Shown: in pieces, positions 50,590-59,823 of the stretch
How positions within the stretch are numbered: position 1 is the first letter of the stretch
Layout of the letters: every line of letters starts with the position of its first letter
Virus record (IMG/VR): IMGVR_UViG_3300047383_000862
Length of the DNA stretch: 64,000 nucleotides
Strand: one strand, 5' to 3'
From: an uncultured virus (IMG/VR IMGVR_UViG_3300047383_000862)
Taxonomy: Duplodnaviria > Heunggongvirae > Uroviricota > Caudoviricetes
Notes under the pieces: generated by a model
Databases searched by the model: none
Told to the model about the DNA's origin: nothing
The model's input: only the letters and a program-made list of their open reading frames with translations
Program-made: the position numbers and the translations under genes

Positions 50590-52044
50590 TTAAACTACTC
50601 CATAAAAAGCCGTCCTAACAGGAGTTTTGGTCGCCTTATCAAAAACTAGAGTTATCTCATTGCTAATATTAAATTCATTTTGTTCGTAAAAATTGATAAG
50701 TTCTTTGCTGTATTGATATTCATTTAAAAAACTTAAAAAATCTTTATTTGATATTCCAATAAACTGGCAATAAAATTCTGAATTATTTTTTTGATGAATA
50801 CAGAAATAATCTGTTTTATATTTGTACAGAAGGTCATTTTTAACCCAATTGCGTAAATCATTCTCATAATTGAGCTCATTCCAATACAGCTCAAAATTTT
50901 TCTCAAATTCTAAAAATTCATCTAAAATAAAGTTGCCTCGATTTTCATTTTTTTCCCCTTTCCTGCGGATCATCCCTTTGTATAACTTACTGCCAGGATG
51001 AAAAATAAGGTAAAGATCCATAAAGTCAGGTATATAGCGCCCTTTACTGTCTCTTTCAGGTAATATTTCAAAAGATTTAATTGTATTTTTTGAGTAATTA
51101 TATAATTCCCATTTTACATCGTTTTTTTTAGCTCCTATAGATTTTTTAAAACCAAAAATAGTCTTATTCATCGTATTGATTTTAGTTTCTTTATTTAAGA
51201 AATTAGCAATTTTAACATAAGGATCTAAGTGAAATTGTTTGATTAAATTTGAGATTGAAGATAAAACCCCTACATTATCCTTGCATGTCTCAAATAAGAG
51301 TTGAGCAGAAGACTTTCCTTCGACTTCTTTAGTGATTTCACATAAATTATAGACACCCGTAACAGCAGGCGCATTGACCCAAGGATATTTTTCAAATTTA
51401 ATGGGATATAAATTTTTCGTCTCTTCAGGGGGGTATAAAATAACTTTTTTTTCTCCTTGGCTGACGCAGAGTATTCCATCTTGGTCATCGTAATGGAGAT
51501 TAGTCGCATGAAATTGATTGCAAGCCATAAAGTGAAATTCAAAATTACGACTTGTAGAACTTAAAATTTCAGGCACTGTGATTGTAGGCAAAAGTTTTTT
51601 AGCTATATGCCTATTGGCTTTTAAGCCTTCATAATTATCTAAGCACCATATATATTCGTTTCGAGTTTTTGAATTAAACCAATCTTTAAATTTAATTTTT
51701 TTATTCGGCGAAGTTGATTTGTCAGACTTCCAAATAGATATTAATTCATCTTCGAAAAGACTTGGATCGAAAGAAATTTTATGACCAATCTTCTTAGGTG
51801 CTGAACAAAGGTTTGATGATGTCCAGAAATTACAACCAAGCATCTTTTCTCTTGACTCAACATAATGCCACCAATTTTTAGGTATCAATAAGGCTTCGCC
51901 AGATTTTAATATAAATGTTTGAGCTTTTGCTTTTTTTAAATTTGGATATTTTCCAAGATTATATATATCCTCAATTAAACTGAAATGGCCGTACAAAGAA
52001 TCACAGTTACTATGATTATATTGATTTAAATTTTGGTCAGCCAT
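50590..52044 (-). CDS. JmjC/cupin-8 2-oxoglutarate-Fe(II) oxygenase-like protein
   Basis: GEALLIPKNWWHYV and TNLHYD...GEKKVILYPP motifs, in reversed order. Confidence 0.75.
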   Translation of the reverse strand: MADQNLNQYNHSNCDSLYGHFSLIEDIYNLGKYPNLKKAKAQTFILKSGEALLIPKNWWHYVESREKMLGCNFWTSSNLCSAPKKIGHKISFDPSLFEDELISIWKSDKSTSPNKKIKFKDWFNSKTRNEYIWCLDNYEGLKANRHIAKKLLPTITVPEILSSTSRNFEFHFMACNQFHATNLHYDDQDGILCVSQGEKKVILYPPEETKNLYPIKFEKYPWVNAPAVTGVYNLCEITKEVEGKSSAQLLFETCKDNVGVLSSISNLIKQFHLDPYVKIANFLNKETKINTMNKTIFGFKKSIGAKKNDVKWELYNYSKNTIKSFEILPERDSKGRYIPDFMDLYLIFHPGSKLYKGMIRRKGEKNENRGNFILDEFLEFEKNFELYWNELNYENDLRNWVKNDLLYKYKTDYFCIHQKNNSEFYCQFIGISNKDFLSFLNEYQYSKELINFYEQNEFNISNEITLVFDKATKTPVRTAFYGVV

Positions 52045-52077
52045 AACTATTATAATAAGATCATTTTAAAAATCTAC

Positions 52078-52101
52078 AAAAAAAGGGGCGCAAAGCGCCC
52101 C
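52078..52101 (-). terminator. intrinsic terminator
   Basis: GGGGCGC-3 nt-GCGCCCC stem plus U7. Confidence 0.85.
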
Positions 52102-52129
52102 TAAGATAAACTCAATATAGAGTTCGATG

Positions 52130-52372
52130 CTACTTATCGGCACCTCCAGACTTTTGGAACAAAGCAACAATAAGCAATAGAGTAATCACTCCAGCAAGAC
52201 TTGCGCCTTCTCCTACAAATCCAGTAACTACTTCTTGGAGATTTCCAATTACATTAATTGGGGCTCCAGCACCGAATACAACTTGAGCTACAACAAGAAG
52301 CCCAATTAGCGTTAACAATACGCTGGTGATTCCGCCAGCATAATTTTTGATTGTTTCTAATGTATTTTTCAT
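52130..52372 (-). CDS. small two-TM membrane protein
   Basis: Two long hydrophobic helices; co-transcribed with the porin. Confidence 0.75.
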   Translation of the reverse strand: MKNTLETIKNYAGGITSVLLTLIGLLVVAQVVFGAGAPINVIGNLQEVVTGFVGEGASLAGVITLLLIVALFQKSGGADK

Positions 52373-52377
52373 AATAA

Positions 52378-53031
52378 TTAAAATTTAACAGTTAAAGCGG
52401 TTCCGAATACAAATTCACGCTCGTTAAGATCATCTGCGTCTACATAGTCCACTCCTACAGAAAGATCGGCGTTTTCCGAAATGCTCTTAGAGATATCAGC
52501 TCCGACAGTATAATAAGTTCTGTCTGTGCTGTTTGTTAAATCTGTGTTGCCGACTGACGCTGATAAATCAAGAGAAGCAACTGACAGATCAAAAGAATGA
52601 CCTACTGCTAGTTCTACAGTATACAAAGACTCATCAAAGTCTCTATAGACTGCAATAGATGGATTGAGCGCTACATTTGAAGAAATTCCAACTTGGAATT
52701 CAGAGAGTGCATCTCCAGGGCGATCTTCAAAATGGTTTACTCCAGCATAAACAGATAGCAAGCCGTCCGAAAAAGATTTGCCTACTCCTGCTCCAAGATT
52801 ATAACTATCTACTCCTGCGTCAACAGATTGGTTTGTGCAAGCATGGGCGCTTAAGTCTACACCTCCAAGCACTGATCCTAGTTTTACAGAAGATTGAACT
52901 GATTGTTCTGCCTTTTGCGCTCCTCTGTAAAAGAAGTCGGATGCATAACCTACTTTCGCAGAGTTGCCAGAAAAGGCGGCGTTAGTTGTGAGCCCTAGGG
53001 CTAGTAATAATGATACGATTTTAGTTTTCAT
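52378..53031 (-). CDS. outer-membrane beta-barrel protein (TorF/Gcw_chp-like putative porin)
   Basis: Signal peptide, VGYASDFFYRG, alternating beta-strand pattern, C-terminal Phe. Confidence 0.78.
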   Translation of the reverse strand: MKTKIVSLLLALGLTTNAAFSGNSAKVGYASDFFYRGAQKAEQSVQSSVKLGSVLGGVDLSAHACTNQSVDAGVDSYNLGAGVGKSFSDGLLSVYAGVNHFEDRPGDALSEFQVGISSNVALNPSIAVYRDFDESLYTVELAVGHSFDLSVASLDLSASVGNTDLTNSTDRTYYTVGADISKSISENADLSVGVDYVDADDLNEREFVFGTALTVKF

Positions 53032-53048
53032 ATATTTTATAATTAAAT

Positions 53049-53594
53049 TTATTTTATTCTAATTTCTTTCCAGCCTACTTTTTTATCTTTGACTAAATCC
53101 CTTACTCTTCTTTGATTATTGTTTAATTGACTGTTTCCGCTTTTTACTTCTATGAAGGTAATTTCTTCTTCGCCGAATGATATATAATCTATGGGTTTTC
53201 CTAAAAATGTACAAGCCTCTGGATCGAATTCAAATTGATCGAGAAAAGGAGCTAGAGTTTCTGCGATGTGACCAAGCCTTACTTCGCTACTCTTTTTTTG
53301 TGATGTGACTTTCTTTTTTGCTTCTTTTTCTTTAGCTAATTGTATTTCTAAATCATTTAAAGTTAAAACTATATCTTTCTCTTTTTTGTCTAATTCGATT
53401 TTTCGTTCTTGAATAATTTCTTGCTCACGTTTTAGCGATGCATTGAGTTCGGATATTGTTGTATTTAATTGATCCTCTCTAGTTTTTAATAATTTATTTT
53501 CTGATAATAATAAATTGGCGTTATTTTTATATTGAGATTGAAAGTAAAAACTTGCTATTAATATAATTATACAGATAAAAGCGATAATTTCCAT
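53049..53594 (-). CDS. membrane-anchored endonuclease related to Holliday-junction resolvases
   Basis: TM, coiled coil, then G.IAE.LAPF, FLGKPIDYI.F, FIEVKSG..QL...Q. Confidence 0.8.
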   Translation of the reverse strand: MEIIAFICIIILIASFYFQSQYKNNANLLLSENKLLKTREDQLNTTISELNASLKREQEIIQERKIELDKKEKDIVLTLNDLEIQLAKEKEAKKKVTSQKKSSEVRLGHIAETLAPFLDQFEFDPEACTFLGKPIDYISFGEEEITFIEVKSGNSQLNNNQRRVRDLVKDKKVGWKEIRIK

Positions 53595-53601
53595 ATTTTT
53601 T

Positions 53602-54147
53602 TTACTTTGATCTTAGAAAAAGCGTTAAGTCTCTATCTTGATTAAGAATATTTACTTCATTTTTAAGCTCACATTCTATTTCTAGGTAACCTTTTTTGAC
53701 TAACATTTGACACATCCTTAATGATTGTTTATTATCATTGACTACATAAGCTCGTAATTTTTTACAATTAAAAACTTTCGCAAATTTATCTACTATGTAA
53801 AAGTATGTAGGGACAGCTCTAATAAAATCAATGCCGTTAATACCTTCTTCAATGGGATTAAATACATCAAGCGTCCATGCAGTGTTCAAATCTTTAGGTT
53901 CATTAAAAAGCCAATACATACCTCTTCCGTTTTTTTCAAATCGAAATCCTTTTGTTCTAGTAAAAGACCTTAGATTAAAGTATAGGTCATTATCTGTTTG
54001 ATCCCAAAACATTAATTTTCTAGATTCTTGAGAAAGTTTTTTTAAACTTCTAAAAAAATCTTCAACCCAGTAGTGGGAGGGTGAGATTTTGAACCCTTTA
54101 TAATTATACGTTTTTTTAGGATCTGAAATATCGAGACTATCAATCAC
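53602..54147 (-). CDS. GNAT-like acetyltransferase
   Basis: KKLRAYVVNDNKQSLRM...KKGY.E motif. Confidence 0.5.
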   Translation of the reverse strand: MIDSLDISDPKKTYNYKGFKISPSHYWVEDFFRSLKKLSQESRKLMFWDQTDNDLYFNLRSFTRTKGFRFEKNGRGMYWLFNEPKDLNTAWTLDVFNPIEEGINGIDFIRAVPTYFYIVDKFAKVFNCKKLRAYVVNDNKQSLRMCQMLVKKGYLEIECELKNEVNILNQDRDLTLFLRSK

Positions 54148-54329
54148 TTGATAAGATCAGGCTTTTCCGTCTCTACAACTTCAACTTTATTTTTATCCTT
54201 ATCTTTCCATTTTTTTAGGCAAGAAATTAGAGCTTCAGCTCTTTTAACGGCTCTATCTTTAGTCCAATAGTCGCGATCTTCAATCCTGCGGCCATTTCGT
54301 GTTACAACATAGAATTTATCTTTATTCAT
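54144..54329 (-). CDS. hypothetical protein
   Basis: ORF in packed run. Confidence 0.65.
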   Translation of the reverse strand: MNKDKFYVVTRNGRRIEDRDYWTKDRAVKRAEALISCLKKWKDKDKNKVEVVETEKPDLIK

Positions 54330-54487
54330 ATAATTTTGATTTAATTATTTTTAGTAGGTTTGATGATTGTAGTTGTTTATTTCTGAAGTACACGCTCACA
54401 GGTAATGATATTGCGAATCCGATAGTAATAATTAATACAATAGTTCCAAAAAAATGCCACACATTAAAAAGTGCGACTTCTAATAAA

Positions 54488-54970
54488 TTACTCATATTTT
54501 TTCCAGACTTGGACAGATTTTAATTTTAATAAATCGTGTGTTTTGATTTGAGTCAAAGTTTCTTTTGTCTGAGGCCTTCTAAAGACTCTATACTTAGCTT
54601 TCCAAGGTTGATCTACAAAAGGAAGATCAAATCGAGCTACATTCGTTCGCTGTAAAAAATCAGCGAGCTCAGATCTGTTTACTAATATAAAAGAATCTGC
54701 CGTTTCAAATGCGATGAATTTTGCCCTGCCATAAACCCAACCTTTCCTACCATACTTGTCTGCAAACTCGATCCAGATCCACTTATCGAAAGATTTGTTT
54801 TTAAAACGTTTTTTTGTTTTTAAATCTACCTCAATATCTTTATGACTCGGCGTTTGGAATATAAATTGCACGTTTTCTTTTTTTAAAGAAGTCGTAGCTC
54901 TTTTAGGTCTGTATCCTTTTTTTTCTGCTAAATCTTGAAACACGGAGAATGGGGTTGATTTTTTATCCAT
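54488..54970 (-). CDS. PD-(D/E)XK-fold protein, paralog of 32555-33010
   Basis: VDLK, WIE...GRKGWVYGRAKFIAFE, Y...RR. Confidence 0.65.
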   Translation of the reverse strand: MDKKSTPFSVFQDLAEKKGYRPKRATTSLKKENVQFIFQTPSHKDIEVDLKTKKRFKNKSFDKWIWIEFADKYGRKGWVYGRAKFIAFETADSFILVNRSELADFLQRTNVARFDLPFVDQPWKAKYRVFRRPQTKETLTQIKTHDLLKLKSVQVWKKYE

Positions 54971-54971
54971 A

Positions 54972-55391
54972 TTAAAGGCCCAATAAAAATCGTTTTTTAT
55001 GATTTTGTTGAAAGCCTGAAGGATCTTTTATGTTTGAGTTAATATAATCAATTATATTCATTGATTTAGATTTTTCAATACTTTTAATATCGAACGTTAT
55101 ATAATTTTCGATATACTGTTCTTCAGCATAATCATACTCGTAAATATGAGGAGGGTTAGGCCATTCATTGACCCTTTTTAACTCGTAAAAAGATACTCTT
55201 GGCATGTGGTATAATCTTACTCTAACAGGGACAGATTCTTTGACAGTATTCCCTATTTGACCTATTTCTTCTTTTAGTGGAATATTTAAATCTCGCACAA
55301 TTTCATTAGATTCTGTTTTACGAATTTTAGTAATCGAGCTAGAGCAGCTAACGCAAAAAAGTAATAGTGTTGCAATTAAAATTTTAGACAT
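54972..55391 (-). CDS. putative lipoprotein
   Basis: Signal peptide ending in CVSC; GTGTAA motif upstream. Confidence 0.65.
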   Translation of the reverse strand: MSKILIATLLLFCVSCSSSITKIRKTESNEIVRDLNIPLKEEIGQIGNTVKESVPVRVRLYHMPRVSFYELKRVNEWPNPPHIYEYDYAEEQYIENYITFDIKSIEKSKSMNIIDYINSNIKDPSGFQQNHKKRFLLGL

Positions 55392-55414
55392 TGTAAGTAT
55401 TTGTTACACAATTA

Positions 55415-55618
55415 TTAAAGTTTTTTTTGGGTATACTTTTCAATTTGTTCTTTAGTATAAATATCAAATCCTAATTGTTCAAGCCATGACTTATGGACAG
55501 GAACTAAAGTTTCGGCGCCAACAAATTTACCTAAATCTTTATAAGTTAAATGGGTGAAAGATGTCGAGCCTTTTTTTCTACCTCTTTTAGTAGAGTTTGA
55601 GTTATTTTCAATTTTCAT
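55415..55618 (-). CDS. small AT-hook-like protein, paralog of 28020-28241
   Basis: KRGRKKG...LTYKDL..FVG...V.V.KSWLE.L. Confidence 0.7.
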   Translation of the reverse strand: MKIENNSNSTKRGRKKGSTSFTHLTYKDLGKFVGAETLVPVHKSWLEQLGFDIYTKEQIEKYTQKKL

Positions 55619-55666
55619 ATATATATTCTATTTAAAAAACATTAAAATGTCAATAAAAAAATAATT

Positions 55667-56698
55667 TTATAGAGAAGAAATCATAATACTGTTAGCAAAA
55701 AAAGTATTATATTTATTAATTAATTTTAAATGTGGGTGAACTGTGCTTAAAAAGTAATTGCTCGGGAAATATTCTGCTACAGAAGATATATTGTACTCTG
55801 AGTCTTCATCGTATATAGGAGAGAAGAATACTCCATCGAGTATTGCAAAATCTAAATAATTAATTTTTTCTTTGTTTTCGTAATTTTTGAATTTAATTAA
55901 TTGGGTATTCCCCATTTCTTTAATTTCATCAGTAATAATTTTTATTTTTTCATCTACAGAACTAATTCCTGTTTCAGCATATATTAATTTAGTGTCATCT
56001 GTCACAGAAAATTCGCTTAAAGTATTTAACGAGGGTGCAGAATCTATAGATCTAAAATACCTAGAGATATTCGTAGAGTTGTCGGGCGAGCGAAAGCTCA
56101 AAACTTTTATTCTTAAAAATTTTTCTAAATCATTTAATATTGTGCGAGACTTTTTCTCAAGTGCTGTTGAAATAATTGCATAATTTTTCGTTATACAAAT
56201 ATCCTCAAGAGACACATCATGAGGTAAATTTCTAAAATTAGAGTTGCCGTCAAGGAAAGTGAAAAGTTGACGAAAGTCTGTTAAGTAGTCTGGGTTTATG
56301 AATTTGTTAGCCGAAGAGCAGCTTATATATTGATGTAATCCATCTTGAGCGTAATGCAGATATTGCCTTGGGTTAAAATTTAGACTATTAATTTCATATG
56401 TATTGGGCACTTTTATAATTTTGTCTTCTTCTTGATAAATTTCTTTTAAAGTGGAAGTTAAAAATTTTTCAGGCGTTATAATTTTAACTTTATAAAAAAA
56501 TTCTAAAGTTTCAAATAAATGTTTAAATACTGTAATATAGTTTTCTTTATCTTTAGAGTTTGCAAAATTTAAAATAAAAGGATTAATAAGTGCAGCTATT
56601 TTTTTTGGCTGTTTTTCGATATCATTATTAGACAAATTTTCATCTCTGAGGGAAATTTTTAATCTAATTTGATCGAAATTAATTAAAGATTCTGTCAT
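55667..56698 (-). CDS. degenerate agmatine deiminase-like protein
   Basis: C-terminus INYLDFAILDGVFFSPIY...VAEYFP resembles the deiminase SY.NF.I.NG.V.VP.Y...L..FP; no GG.IHC catalytic motif. Confidence 0.45.
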   Translation of the reverse strand: MTESLINFDQIRLKISLRDENLSNNDIEKQPKKIAALINPFILNFANSKDKENYITVFKHLFETLEFFYKVKIITPEKFLTSTLKEIYQEEDKIIKVPNTYEINSLNFNPRQYLHYAQDGLHQYISCSSANKFINPDYLTDFRQLFTFLDGNSNFRNLPHDVSLEDICITKNYAIISTALEKKSRTILNDLEKFLRIKVLSFRSPDNSTNISRYFRSIDSAPSLNTLSEFSVTDDTKLIYAETGISSVDEKIKIITDEIKEMGNTQLIKFKNYENKEKINYLDFAILDGVFFSPIYDEDSEYNISSVAEYFPSNYFLSTVHPHLKLINKYNTFFANSIMISSL

Positions 56699-56710
56699 AT
56701 TTTAAAACTA

Positions 56711-57814
56711 CTAAAATCCGTATATCGAGTTAAAGCCGCTACCGCCTTTGGTTTTGAGAGCTTCTTTAATCTTTTTATGCGCAATATCAATTTCTGTTTC
56801 ATTGATTTCACTATCATCAATATCAACTTTAACTGAAAGAAAGTCGTCAAAACTGCTAAGATTAAGATTTTCATCTTTTATCGCAATACCCTTCATTTGG
56901 AAAATATTCTGATCGCTATTAATACCGCAACATATCCACCCTATATCCTTCCCGAATGATGGTATTTCTTTTGAAAAGGCATCGTCTAAGGGCTCTTCAT
57001 CCCAAAAGAAGCAAGGGGTATTATTCTCTGGCCAAGTATGCTTAAACGCTTCGACATTTTGTTTGTCAGAAACTTCTTTGCCTCCAATAATAGAAGGATT
57101 TAATTTATGATTCAAGTTATTATAAACTAAAGGAAAAAACTTGCCATATTCTCCGCCACAGTAAAGATGTAGCCATTTAAATAAATTTTGACAATTCCAG
57201 CAACCTTCTTTTTCATTTGTGACTGAGACTCTTGATTGAGAAGATTCTGGAAGATTTTCGAAAGAATTATAAAATTTATCAATTACATTTTTTAACTTTA
57301 ATTCCTCTGCCTCGTTAACAGAATTATTTACCTGTATAATAATAGGCGATTCTAATCCTTGATCTAACTCAAACAAATCAAAAATTGTAGACCATAAATT
57401 AATTAAATTTAAAGATTTTTTAATAGTTGTTTCTGTGGCTGACAGTAAAACTTGCTTCCTTAACTCAACACAAATTTTAACATTAAATTTTCTGGCTATA
57501 ATACCTATCTTTTTAAGCTCTTTGATTATTGATTCATAATCTGCAAGATCTTTGATTGAACAAGGAATCGAGTCATCGTGCAGTAAAGGAATTAACTCGT
57601 TAAAGATAGAGTATAGTTTGATGTTATTTTGAGCGCAAAATTTAATATGATTTTGAGCGCATATTGCATTATGCATTATGATTTCACTAAGCTCCGAGAT
57701 AGCTTCATTAAGCGGCTTTGCATTAAAAGCTTTCTTAGATAGACTTCTAAAAGAGTTTTCGCTAGACGATTGAGATAAAGTAGAGCTCGAGCTTAGTAAA
57801 CCATAAGTATTCAT
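56711..57814 (-). CDS. divergent UvsE-like TIM-barrel protein (probably inactive)
   Basis: Collinear with 24250-25251 (HN, NIKLY, ELKKIG.IA.KFN, SPIIIQVN, G.WN..N, FPLVY, H..NPS, TW) but metal ligands altered. Confidence 0.7.
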   Translation of the reverse strand: MNTYGLLSSSSTLSQSSSENSFRSLSKKAFNAKPLNEAISELSEIIMHNAICAQNHIKFCAQNNIKLYSIFNELIPLLHDDSIPCSIKDLADYESIIKELKKIGIIARKFNVKICVELRKQVLLSATETTIKKSLNLINLWSTIFDLFELDQGLESPIIIQVNNSVNEAEELKLKNVIDKFYNSFENLPESSQSRVSVTNEKEGCWNCQNLFKWLHLYCGGEYGKFFPLVYNNLNHKLNPSIIGGKEVSDKQNVEAFKHTWPENNTPCFFWDEEPLDDAFSKEIPSFGKDIGWICCGINSDQNIFQMKGIAIKDENLNLSSFDDFLSVKVDIDDSEINETEIDIAHKKIKEALKTKGGSGFNSIYGF

Positions 57815-57832
57815 AATAAAAGTATTTACACT

Positions 57833-58138
57833 TTAAAACAAATTATCAGGGACTTCATCTTCAGAGCCTACAGGAGCTGCTACTGCTTGAGGTTCAGCTT
57901 GTTGGCTCTCTGTAGCATTATTAGGCTTGGACTTATAGATGATTAAATCTGGAGCCCTTTCATTATCTTTTTTATTTTTATTAGCAAAAATAACAACTTT
58001 ATGGACGACTTCTTGGCCAAGCTCTGTAGTCTTGAAGTGTCCTGTTAAATAGTCGGTATTACCGCTTTTGCGCCAAAGTGCCCCCATTTCTCTGGAAGAC
58101 CACTCAGTAGAAGTTTTTGATTTATTTTCAGTATTCAT
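57833..58138 (-). CDS. DUF736-like / SSB-like small protein
   Basis: GALWRK...YLTG, N..K.N..APD; acidic tail ending DNLF; leaderless promoter. Confidence 0.6.
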   Translation of the reverse strand: MNTENKSKTSTEWSSREMGALWRKSGNTDYLTGHFKTTELGQEVVHKVVIFANKNKKDNERAPDLIIYKSKPNNATESQQAEPQAVAAPVGSEDEVPDNLF

Positions 58139-58254
58139 GTTTATAATCATAACGCATATTAAATAATTTGTCAAGTATTATTTTTGTATATCGTCCACTA
58201 TAATTTAAAATTCGTTCGAAAAAATTTTTAAGTTGTTTGAGTGTAAAAAAAAAT

Positions 58255-58569
58255 ATGGATTTAATTATAGATGGTATTCTTACGACTCCACCTAGTCAAG
58301 TATACTGTTTTAGAGATGTCAGCTTATACATAAAATGTTTTTTAAATAAAAATCTATTAATAGAATGCGGCGAAGATGAAATTGATCTATATTGGTCTTG
58401 GTTGAAAAAAAATAATTCATACGATTTCGTTGACGCTATAGTAAGAAGAGATGAAGTTGAAGGTTTTTATATAGGTCCGCGCCGAAAAAGTAATCTAAAG
58501 ATAGAATTTATTAATTATAATAATCAATCTTTTGTTTTGAGAAAAATATTTAAAAGAATTAAGTCATAG
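58255..58569 (+). CDS. hypothetical protein
   Basis: Start MDLIIDG, 8 nt after GTGTAA. Confidence 0.7.
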   Translation: MDLIIDGILTTPPSQVYCFRDVSLYIKCFLNKNLLIECGEDEIDLYWSWLKKNNSYDFVDAIVRRDEVEGFYIGPRRKSNLKIEFINYNNQSFVLRKIFKRIKS

Positions 58570-58617
58570 AATATTTTTAAAATAATTTAAAAGATTTAAA
58601 AAGTGTAAATAATAAAT

Positions 58618-59823
58618 ATGGAAGATTATCAAAAACAAGGATTAAATATGGAGCAATCGTTTGGCCTAGCTCCTACTGCATTAATATCCTTATACGAGAT
58701 ATACTACCTTGAAGGGTATCAAGATGTAGACGTTTATGAAAATAGACATTATGCATTAAGAATGTGTTCAGCGGATCACCTTTCAACTATTACTGCTCCA
58801 ACTGCCAGCTCAATCCAATCAAAAGGTTTAAATTGGGCGGGTTTAAGCTATTTTCCTATTGGTATAGAAGCTGCAAGTTTTACAGCTTCCGCGCAGGGGC
58901 TGCCTCGACCTTTGTTAAAAATATCAAATAAAAACATATCACAAGATGTATCTAACACCAATCATAAGGGGACTGTGTTAGACACTTTATCAACTTACAA
59001 CAAGTATTTTAACGATATGACTAATGCAAGAGTCGTTAGAAGGACTATATTTGCAAAATTTTTAGATGGAGATAACTTTCCTGAAAATAATGATATCAAT
59101 CCATGGGGAACAAGATCTTCTGGAGCTGGAGCAGCGGATGATTCTGCATATGAATTTTCAAGCCAATTATTTTTCATATCGAAAAAAGCTAACGAAACTA
59201 AAGAATCTATAGAATATGAATTAACTTCATCTTTAGATGTAGAAAATGTGATGATACCTAATCGAACAATATTAGGTAGTTATTGTTCTTGGTGTTATAG
59301 AGGAGAAGGGTGTTACTTTACAGGACCAGCAGTTTCAACGGAATTAGATGATGAAAATTTTATGATGGGGCCAGGGCAATCGTATGAAAACAGCGCTGCC
59401 TTAAATAAGGTCAGAGGGAGAAGGGCGGCTCGTAGCGGAGGCAATTCAGTCATTGGTGAATATGATTATACTCAAGAAATAGCAGATTGGACTATAGGAG
59501 CACAATACCGAGCAGGAGACTTAGTTAAAACTCCTCCTAGCTCAAGCGGAGGTGGTTTTATGGAGGGCACAAAACAAATACAATTAGGAGGTGACGGAAG
59601 ATTGGTACAGAAACACGACATAACTGTTTGGGTCTGCATTGCTGATAATACTGCGAGCTTGTCTAACGCTCCAGAAAAGAAATCTGGTAATTGGGTAGCT
59701 GATCAGTGCTCCAAAAGTATAGACGCTTGCAGAATGAGATTTAATAATAAATATACAAAAAATAAAAGCATAAGATTTGGGGGCTACCCTGCGACAGAAG
59801 GATATGAAACTGATTCTCAATAG
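58618..59823 (+). CDS. phage minor tail protein L (lambda gpL-like)
   Basis: LISLYE, LPRP.L.ISN, V.RR..FAKFLD..NF, CSW.YRGEGC.F.G, DQCSK....C..RF, FGGYP. Confidence 0.9.
   Translation: MEDYQKQGLNMEQSFGLAPTALISLYEIYYLEGYQDVDVYENRHYALRMCSADHLSTITAPTASSIQSKGLNWAGLSYFPIGIEAASFTASAQGLPRPLLKISNKNISQDVSNTNHKGTVLDTLSTYNKYFNDMTNARVVRRTIFAKFLDGDNFPENNDINPWGTRSSGAGAADDSAYEFSSQLFFISKKANETKESIEYELTSSLDVENVMIPNRTILGSYCSWCYRGEGCYFTGPAVSTELDDENFMMGPGQSYENSAALNKVRGRRAARSGGNSVIGEYDYTQEIADWTIGAQYRAGDLVKTPPSSSGGGFMEGTKQIQLGGDGRLVQKHDITVWVCIADNTASLSNAPEKKSGNWVADQCSKSIDACRMRFNNKYTKNKSIRFGGYPATEGYETDSQ

Noticed and set aside
29300..53031. Region is bacterial chromosome rather than phage
   Set aside because: Metabolic genes are interleaved with phage-type small ORFs and dNMP kinase, share the phage promoter motifs, and no core housekeeping operons are present.
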